NCBI GenBank assembly: GCA_949358305.1
Contig: OX442314.1
Span: forward strand, 15,190,001-15,254,000
DNA length: 64,000 bases
Source of the DNA: Strigamia acuminata
Lineage: Eukaryota
Reading direction: 5' to 3'
The position numbers and the translations under genes are program-made. Of the stretch, positions 54,937 through 64,000 are shown one piece after another (position 1 is the stretch's first letter; every line of letters starts with the position of its first letter). The notes under the pieces were generated by a model. That model was not told where the DNA came from and made no database searches. It saw only the letters and a program-made list of their open reading frames with translations.

Positions 54937-57008
54937 TTACGCTAAATTAACCAGCACATCAGATATTAAAGCTCCACAGGCGAGCCCAATGCCGAAAAAA
55001 AATGCCATCATGGAACCAGCCATTTCTCTTTGCTGTGGTTGAACTTTTCTGTAATATTAATAAATAAAATTAATTACGGTAATACGGAGTAATAAAAATA
55101 AATCTGTACGAAACATACTTCGGGGCATACAACGCTGCCAAATTCACGAGATAACCGTTGGTCAAACCCAATGAAAGGTTTAATAAAACAAAAGCAACAT
55201 CATCATTAAACATGACTGATAAATGACGATTCGGCTTCGAAACGTTACAGAACATCATTAATGGTATCAGAACTAATCGAACTGTAGCGAGTAATGGTAG
55301 CCAGCAACTTCCACTTTTTGGCTAATTAAAAGAAAAGCACAAAGTTACTAAAACCAAGTAACGTACACTTATTTTAAATACTTACCAGACGGAGCATTCC
55401 AGATAGTATTCTTCCAGTCAGATCTCCCAAATTAAATAATAAAAAACAAGCAACAGGTATAAAAAATTGATCTAAAAAATAAAGAATAAATTGAATTTTA
55501 TTTTAATAGCTCACGCAATTTAATTTACTTGTTAATGCAGTTTTATTTTGAATATTAACTGAAACGACTAACACAGCAAGAGAGGGATAAACAGCCAATG
55601 TGGTGAAAAACGTAATAAAACCCACATAGCCGTCACAGCAAATCTAAAAAAAAATAGAAAATAATAATAATAATTAAAATACCGTACGTATTATTTTTTT
55701 AAAAAGTTGAAATTTGCACCGATTTTAATGTAGACCAAAAATAGCTTTTGTTTACTCCTTGAATAATATCGCGACATTCTGCTTCATTTTCTAATTCTTT
55801 CATTTGATATAAATAATACCGGTAATAAGTCTATGAAATAAATAAATAAAATGTATTAGTAATTTAGTCCAAACCCCTCTATTCTTGCAGTAATCTTACT
55901 CGTTTCTTTAAACAAAAATAAGTAAGAAAGCCTAAAAATAAAGTTACAAGAGCTGCTAAGAAAAATATGAATCCTGTGTCTTGGTCGGGTAAATTAAATG
56001 CCAATGCAATTATTCCACATATGACAGCAAAAACACCGCCTAAAGCCTGTCAATGTATTTAAAAAGTGTTAAATAACTTTCAAATCACTAAAAAAGTAAA
56101 GAAATTATACTTGTCCATTCATGTTAGCCTGCATGTAGCGGCTAGGGAAACATGCTGCCAAACCCATCACAGCTCCTTGGAATACGGATGAGCACGCTAA
56201 TCACAAAATATAAATCAATTTAAATAAAAAATACATATAGAATAGTATAAAACCCAGTCATCTACCATTTAATGCAGCAATTGTAGCCATTGTTACTGAG
56301 AAGAATGTAATCTGCCCTGCAAAATTATAATTTAAAGTGAATTTTACAAGAATTTCATCAAATTTTTAATGTAAACACTTGCATTTATCAGTATCAATCT
56401 TAGTGAGTGTAGTTGTAAGAATAAAAAGAATTATCATTCCAATTAATGAGCCAAGAAGACGAATTTGATGAGAAACTCTGTAAAATCAAAAACTTAATTA
56501 CGATATATTTTTTTTTATAGTAGAAGATATTCACCTTTTACTAATTACAGCATTTACGAAATAAAATACAACAGCTGGCACGCACGATGCGATGCTCATA
56601 TAACTAGTAAAATATGTCTGCAGATCAGTTCGATAATCGTCAAAAGACGGGTGGGTCGAAAATTTATACATCCAATACTGCAAAAGAGAAAAGTAAAATT
56701 CAAAATTCAATTGAAAAATTTATTTCGAACTTAATACCCCTTCTGCCGTGACGAAAAAGCTCCACGAAACAACTATAATAATGCCGTAAAACAGAAATGT
56801 TATGTAAACGCAATTCCACCTGGAAAAGAGAATGTAAAAGAGTTAAAAATGTGCGACATGCAATTCGTTTTAGCTTTTACTTGTCCATTGGTTTGCTGGA
56901 CGGTGCAAATTGAATTTGACGAACATTTGTTGGTTGCCTACTCTGAAGGTGTTCTTCGTCATCTTCTTCCTCGGATGCATTTCGGTCCATTAAACTCTCT
57001 TTTTCCAT
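54937..57008 (-). CDS. Equilibrative nucleoside transporter (SLC29/ENT family), multi-exon
   Basis: Motifs YWMYKF, DTDKWQITFF, FPSRYMQANMNGQ/ALGG, TLAVYP, LLFNLGDLTGR, RLVLIPLMMFCN, GLTNGYL and REMAGSMM. Confidence 0.92.
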
Positions 57009-57727
57009 GATAGCTGAATTTGGATTAAGATAATTCAGTTTTTAGCTTGCTCCGCATCCTTGATAATACAATTAGCCTTGAATATTGTTACACAATCAAG
57101 AATGTAACAATTGTCATTATTGTCCCATGATACACGTATGTGCAGAGATTTTTTTGGTGTTTGATGTGCGCGAAATCCTCTATCCAATTCTAAGGACCAT
57201 TGATGCAAATAGACTTATAAACAAGTGGTCAGATGGTGAAGTGTGATTTTAATTAGTTTTACAATTCAATCACCAGATGGACACTACGTAGCGTTTACGT
57301 TTTGTTGTTTTAAATGATTTAATTATTAATAAGGTTAATTTGTACAGCAAATTCCGAATTTATTTCGTACGGATAAACACAATTTATAGTTAAAATTTTA
57401 GCTTCAACTTGGTTCCCGCGATTCTTTGCGTGATTTTAGTGTTGACGTCACTGCAGCGCCGGTGATGATTTTAGATGAGGATGAATAATTTTCTGAGAAA
57501 TGATTTAATGTTCTAGTGCTCTTGATAAAGTGATTTGCCAGCTTATGTATCATAAGAAACAAGACTATACAGTTTTTTTAAATAATTAAATAAAATTGTT
57601 TGTTTTTTTAATGTTACAAATTTGTGTTTTATACTGCAGAGTATAAACATCTGCTTCAAACATCATTTATAAGTCATTAAACCTAGGTGCATTTAATTAT
57701 ATACATCTGTAGATCCATCTTCAAAAT

Positions 57728-60700
57728 TCATTTGTCACCTCTCGTAAACATGAATTCAGTAAGTTTAGAACTAGCAGTAACTTCAGTAGTGCTTCGTTTG
57801 CTCTTTTTTGTTGAAGATGAATTGTCCTCAGTATGAGAATGTCTGCGCTTTTGAGATGGAACTGTAGATTCCGTAGACTCTGAATCGTCACATTTCTAAT
57901 CGACAATTAAAATGTGAATAATTATACACCTAAATATTTTTCCAATAATCAAAATCATTAAAACCTGCTTCTCCTTTTCATTGTTTTCCTTATACAAATC
58001 CTTTGCTCGTTTCATCAAATCGTTATCACTTAAATGCGGATATTCAGCTCGCAATTCTTCCCCATTAGCTTCAAACCAATTCTTAAGCGTTCTGCGCAAA
58101 CGAATAAAGTTATTTTCCATATTCATACAAATCGAGGCTAAACTCACATCTTTTTATTGCTTCCACGTTGTCGGGGTGATTTCGATGTAGCTGGGCTTAC
58201 TTTCTGCAAAGCAAATCAATATACAAACACTAAAATATTTTTCGATTAAATTTATAAAAATATAAAAACAAACCTTCAAGTTTTTCTCTTTTTGTTTGAC
58301 AACGGTGTTTGCAAGTGTATCAAAAACTCCAGCTCCTTTACCAGTTTCGATCGATTTTTTTGGAAGGTTAGCGGTCTTTTTGAATGGATTTTTACTTCCA
58401 TCGTTGGAACTCAACTCAACTTGCTTAACTGCGTCATTAACAACTGGACTGTTGGCACGTAATTCAACGTGCTGTTTTGCTGCGCCGCCATCATCAGGAA
58501 CGTTGAAACTGCTCTCGACTCGCTGTTTCGATATCGCTTTTACAACTGGAACGGGATTCGATGAAGTGATCCGATCTGGAATATTCGACTTGACCACAAC
58601 ACGTTTCTTTTCCCTCGCTTTAATAATTAGAATGAATTTATAATTTAATATTAAAAGTTAATCTACATCATTATATTTCCGTTACCTGCTTGAATAACCT
58701 CCTCAATAGAATCATCCGAATCATCATTTCCATTTAAAGTTGGTGATTCACCTCGTAATTCCTCGACTCCTTTACGCGTAACGTTAGTTTCTTCTCTATT
58801 CTTCTCATAAGCTATTTCATTGAGTCTGCGTGCCAATTGCATATGATTTTGTGAAGATGCGTATTTGATCGCTAATTGTACAGAGTAAGACGTGGGCATA
58901 AATTCGCAAATCTCGACTGCTCGATATCCACGATCAGAATTACAAGCCAGCTGATAACAAAAACATTAATTACAACTCGTATTATAAACGCAATTTCATT
59001 ATTACAGCAAATGCTTTCATTAGTGTAGTTTGTAACGCTTTATCTGTATCCGTCTTAGATCGTTCGTGCTCGGGATCATCATGTTCAATACGTATTAAAG
59101 TATCCTTTACAAGTTTTTGATACCACAGAGATTCCTGCAAACAGTAACAAAAATATGTAAATTCTGAAATTTTGTTGAAACAGATGTTTCCAGTATACTT
59201 CGAGTTGGCCCTTTTCCGTATTCAATTCGCACAAAGCCAGTTGCATCGGAACAGGAGCCATAATAGGTCGTGGCAAAGTAGGCGGGTATCGGGAACCCTT
59301 GCAAGGAAGTCCCCTGAAATATATAATGTCATATTAAAATTTAATCACCTTTAAATTTACCGATCTTCGCACCAAACACTTTTTTGAAGCTCACTGATCG
59401 CAACAACAAAAAAATGGTCCGATCTGCCTTTAACTCCCGTTCTAGTGTTACACACTTGCAACCAAACATTACCCACGTCTTGCCTCAACAATGTGACGAC
59501 CCCGTCGGAGTCTACACATACCGGAGCTCCGCATTCCGAAAAGCTAAACAGAAATAGGTGTACAATAAACCAATCGTACAATAAATTAGTTTTCCTTTCA
59601 TCTTTCTACTTACCCTATCCACGCTAAAGTGCTTTGCGGACTAAGAGATAACGGCACACTGCAAAACGATATTTTTCTCGTTAAAACGGTTACAACGAGA
59701 ATTGCTAAACATTGTTCTCCAGGTAAGCCAGCTCCAAGATGATAAGCTACGATTAACTGCTCGTTGTGGCCATTCATGCTCACCACAGGACCGGGAAGAG
59801 AGATCGGGTCGAGCTGTAGTCCTCCAATCGTAAACATTCGCAACTGGCGCCGACTCGTAGCCGCAGCAACCCAGCCGTCGCCAGCTGCAACCGCCTAAAA
59901 CAACAAATGTTAGATAAATCAAAAACGTGACATTAAAAATAATAATTCTTATACTTGTATATTCTCTTTATTAGGCATATTCACAGTCCATTCATTATTG
60001 GAGTCCCATGAACGAAAATGCATGCACATCAACGTACTAAACGCAATTTCAAACAAGTTGTATAATTTACCACACTATCTTTTTTTAATTTAGAGCTACC
60101 TGGACTTGTCCTCCTCAGATTCGTTTGCAAAAACGACAGCTTCCTCCGTGAGAGCAGCTAATACGTAATTTGAATTGTTGTTTAAATGCATCGAGTGATA
60201 AGTTGATGAATCGTGAAACTCAATATCAAAAGAATTTTCTTCTTCGGTGTTGTGGTTTATAATGAAGCCAGATCGATTCCACGTCTAAAAATAAATAGCA
60301 CAATTAAGCGTCAGATTTTAATTCTTATTGCAAAACAAGAACAAACCATAAAACGGTGGCTGAGGTGAGCGGGAGTTGATCCGGGTTGAAAAGGAGATTG
60401 AAAAGTGTTCTTGACATGTCTAATTTCAGAAACTGTAGAGAAATTATCCGTGTCATCCCCATCGTCAAACATCGTTTTTGTTTTAATGCCATTTGAAATA
60501 GAAGCAGCAGGTTGAATTTGGTTGCGTGGTTTAGGGACGTCGCTCGAATTATCGTCAATATTGCTGAGACCGACAGTTTCTGCTTTAATTTGAGAGATGG
60601 AAAAAGTATTTTCGTCATCACTGTCATCTTCTAATGGATTCATAAAATGAGCCATCACGTCATCCTAAAATCAAACTATTAATACGAAAACAAATAATGT

Positions 60701-62232
60701 AAAAATAAATCTATATAAATACTGGTATCTCTAATGATGAAACTTCTTTGACATTATCCTTCGATTTAATGTATCGTATAGACAGGTGTCCCTAAACATA
60801 AATGAAAAAGTTTGTTTATGTAGTTGTAATTACAAAAAAAATAACTTTTATGTACATCATAATCACAATAAGCCATTTCGTCTTTACGCTGAGGATTCCA
60901 GCAAAATCCAGTAATACCAACTCTTTTTTCATTCTGTGTACTAAAATTTAATACGTTTACAGTATGTTGCCACAAATGTGCAATTTTCACTCACAATTGA
61001 AGGCACTTTTGTGTAGAAACATCCCAGACTACTACTATTCCGTTGACCGACCCAGCAGATACAAGCCCGCCCTTTGAGACAGCGCAAACTGATAAATCCT
61101 ATATAAAAAAAAAAAATAAATAACGTGAAAATCTTCATTTTTAATTCTCTCTCATCATCTTACCGCATCTATTCTTTCGTCTGTAAGCGTATGCAGCAAA
61201 TTCCAACTACTTCTACTGTATATTTCAACTTGTTTTCCTCGAGGAATAGCTAGGAACTAAAAGCACAATATAATCCTTCAATTCGATGACTGCAGTGAGA
61301 AGGTTTTACCTGTCCAGACGCAGCATCCCAAGCAACATGACCTAAAATTTTTGAATTTCTATTTAAAAAAAATAAAAACAAACCATAAGTTTTTATTTTT
61401 AATTTTTTTTTTCTGTATCAAAAGTCTTACTCCACTGAATTGCTCTTAGGCAAAATCCCATTCCAACATTTTACTTTTTCGTACGTCTTCAAATTCCAGA
61501 CGCACACTGAACCATCACAACTAGAAGACAACTAAAAAAAAAAAAATTTATAATAAAATAATTTTTTTGAAAAGCGCGTTTTACCAAAAATTCTCCTTGA
61601 GGATCAACATCAACACACAGAACTGGCGCCTCGTGCTTTAATTCTTTAAAAGTTCTATCAATGCGATTTATAATGCGAATAGAAAAGTCACTAAAAATAA
61701 ATAAACAAATAAATAATCGATCAGCAGTTTTTAAATAATGAAAACGTTCATTTACCGAGACGCAGCACACAAAATTGATCCTTCTTTATTTGATGACATA
61801 CGTGTAACGGGAGCCGCCAAGAAATTGAGATAGCCTTCTGGCTCTAACTCTGGAAACGACATCATGGGGATTCCGTTGCTATCGTTTGAGACGAAGATAA
61901 GACGTTTCTGCAATTGTTTTAATAATTATTTCAACAAATTTAGTCAATTAGTCAGAAAACTCGGAATACCTCGACGTAAAGCGCATACACTTTTTCTCCG
62001 ACTGGATGAGTTGTTATTACATCAAATTCCGGAGATTCCCAAATTCGTAATCTTCCGTCAGAGCCACATGTGACAACATGTCTGAAAGAATAAAAGGAGT
62101 TAACAAGTTTGGTTTCAATTTATTAAAAAAAAAACCGCCTTACTCTCCATCAGGATGGTAAGCTAATGACGTGAGGCCTTCAATGTGAGCTGATCTATCA
62201 ATATCTCGTTCCAACTCCTTAAATTTCGCCAT
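57728..62232 (-). CDS. WDHD1: WD repeat and HMG-box DNA-binding protein 1 (AND-1/Ctf4), multi-exon
   Basis: N-terminal AHIEGLT..TCGSDGR WD40 repeats, SepB-like FQPGSTP..HRFM/WN..DIEFHD, RMFTIGGLQ..SLPGPVV, and a C-terminal HMG-like segment ending in SKLTEFMF. Confidence 0.93.
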
Positions 62233-62327
62233 AATTATTCTGCACAAAGTTTTCCAACAACTCGGTATTTGCACCACAGATGCTTCCACCAGCAGGAAAA
62301 TAATAACACCACACTGCAGACGACTAA

Positions 62328-62392
62328 ATTCCCGCTAAAACATTTCAGCCAATCACGACGCGTCACAACGTGAACGAAAATGCGAACCAATT
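62328..62392. promoter_or_regulatory. Candidate E2F site and CCAAT boxes upstream of WDHD1, in a divergent promoter shared with SOCS
   Basis: TTCCCGCTAAA near 62329-62339, CCAAT near 62349 and 62387, and ACGCGT near 62359. Confidence 0.45.
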
Positions 62393-62971
62393 CTTAATAA
62401 TTTGTAATTTTTTTAAAAAATAAATGAAATTAATATTATTTCATTTTTATAATTACTCGTTGAAATATTTGTAAAACTTTTAATGCCATAAACAATTTAA
62501 TTGATTCTACGTATATTTGACCAATCGCACATCTAAATTAACATAACATGAAGCCAACGATGCGCGCGCATCACCCAGCTTTCTGTCTTCGTCATGAGTT
62601 GATGAATGGGAGACCGCTGCGATTAAGTGAGGGAGTTCTTCCTAACTGCGTCATTTGACGACAGTTTCACGAAGGTGTGAGCAACATTACACTCGATGAT
62701 CAGGTAAAACATTAATCATATCGATTTAGGGATATTTTCCCCAACATATGTTTTTAATTGCCTCAGTTGAGTCGAGTTCCTTAAGTGTAATTTAAAGTGA
62801 ACATGGCTGTCCGCTAAATGGGTTGTGACCTCGTTAAAGTTCTTCACTCCTTTACTTTAAAACCTTACAGTTTCTTGATCCTTGTTTTGTTCCCTTTCTG
62901 TCGTTTTACACGTCTAGTTTCATCATGCTAGTGGATTAAAGCGGCCATTCATTTCAAATCGAACATTTTCC

Positions 62972-64000
62972 ATGGCCGAGTCGAACAAACCGACAGAAAA
63001 CGAGAAGGAGAACGCGACCAATCCCAAACAGACGACGAAAACTCAAGAACAGGGAATAACCGACGAACATCCAACAGTCGAGCACGACGCGAGATGTTGC
63101 CGCGCGGCGGATGTGGGCAGCGACAGACGCAAGTTCCGTTCGCTGACATTCTGTCGGAGATATAAATCGAAATCGAAGGAAAGTGCCAAGAAAAGAAAGG
63201 GACCATGGTGTTTCAAACTGAACTGTTGTCGCGTACGAAAAAACCTGGAGGCCGCCGAGATACCGGAAGCGAACGTGAACTGCGAGGCGTGCGTTTGTAC
63301 CGGTTACCGTCGCACCGACGAGCACCACCTTGGCGCTGGAGTTGTGTTCGAATCGACGCCTCCGAATGAAAGGCGCATTGTCGATTACCCGCGATTCACG
63401 CGCTCCGCGTCGTCCGACGACGGGAAATCGATGGTGCAGGTCGTAGACGTTAACCAGCTTTCGCCCAAGGATTTTTCGGCCGAGGATTGCGACGAACGAG
63501 CGCGAGCGGAGCGGGCGAGGGAGATCGAAGAAGGAATCGAACCACCACCCGGTTATTTGCTTTCTTCGCGCGAGATGTTCGGCGCCAGTAATCCCCAGTT
63601 GTCGTACCTGTCGTCGGTGTTTCATTCGCGACTTTCTCTGAATTTTCTTCCACGAGCGTCTTTGCCGCCGATCAAATTGGTGGACACACTTCAGCAGCAA
63701 GCGGAGACGCCTTTTCTGCAGAGAGTCGTGCACACGCAAGTCGATTACATTCATTGTCTAGTGCCAGATCTATTAGCCATTGCAAATTGCCAGTTTTATT
63801 GGGGGAAGATGGATCGTTACGAAGCCGAAAAACTACTGGAAAATCGACCTGAAGGGACATTTTTACTACGGGATTCTGCCCAAGAAGAGTATCTTTTCAG
63901 TGTGTCGTTTCGTCGTTACGAACGTTCGTTGCACGCTCGAATCGAGCAATGGAATCATCGTTTCAGCTTCGATTCCCACGATCCGGCCGTGTATTCGTCG
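62972..64000 (+). CDS. Suppressor of cytokine signalling, SOCS4/5 (Socs36E)-type, runs off the right edge
   Basis: Open frame from the ATG at 62972 to the window end, containing HTQVDYIHCLVPDL..FYWGKMDRYEAEKLLENRPEGTFLLRDSAQEEYLFSVSFRRY (SH2 domain). Confidence 0.93.
   Translation, partial: MAESNKPTENEKENATNPKQTTKTQEQGITDEHPTVEHDARCCRAADVGSDRRKFRSLTFCRRYKSKSKESAKKRKGPWCFKLNCCRVRKNLEAAEIPEANVNCEACVCTGYRRTDEHHLGAGVVFESTPPNERRIVDYPRFTRSASSDDGKSMVQVVDVNQLSPKDFSAEDCDERARAERAREIEEGIEPPPGYLLSSREMFGASNPQLSYLSSVFHSRLSLNFLPRASLPPIKLVDTLQQQAETPFLQRVVHTQVDYIHCLVPDLLAIANCQFYWGKMDRYEAEKLLENRPEGTFLLRDSAQEEYLFSVSFRRYERSLHARIEQWNHRFSFDSHDPAVYSS

Noticed and set aside
62954..63754. 266-aa minus-strand ORF
   Set aside because: Antisense shadow of the GC-rich SOCS coding exon.

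Overview
AT-rich, intron-rich animal genomic DNA, probably an arthropod (inferred from klarsicht- and fuseless-type genes). No prokaryotic features are present. The left half (1-31 kb) is conserved: a partial klarsicht-like spectrin-repeat gene (-), glutaminyl cyclase QPCT (+), and serum response factor SRF (-). SRF has a CArG-box cluster in its promoter, an apparent alternative terminal exon and a foldback hAT MITE in an intron. The middle (31.6-52.4 kb) is a duplication and transposon hotspot. It holds one intact and two broken fuseless copies, three BC-box/Cul2-box + leucine-rich-repeat genes (two are near-identical intronless tandem copies, one of them frameshifted), a decayed Tc3-like transposon, a gypsy gag remnant, small RRM-like ORFs, MITEs, and a Rab1 pseudogene beside intact Rab1. 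Comparing the paralogous copies reveals two P-element-style excision footprints (8-bp TSD plus CACAGATT.. termini) and several TA-CCG/CGG-TA mariner/pogo-style footprints. The right part (52.5-64 kb) has a coiled-coil gene (+), an equilibrative nucleoside transporter with a GC-AG intron (-), WDHD1/AND-1 (-) and the 5' part of a SOCS4/5-type gene (+). Exon boundaries were read by eye and family calls rest on recognised motifs, not database searches.
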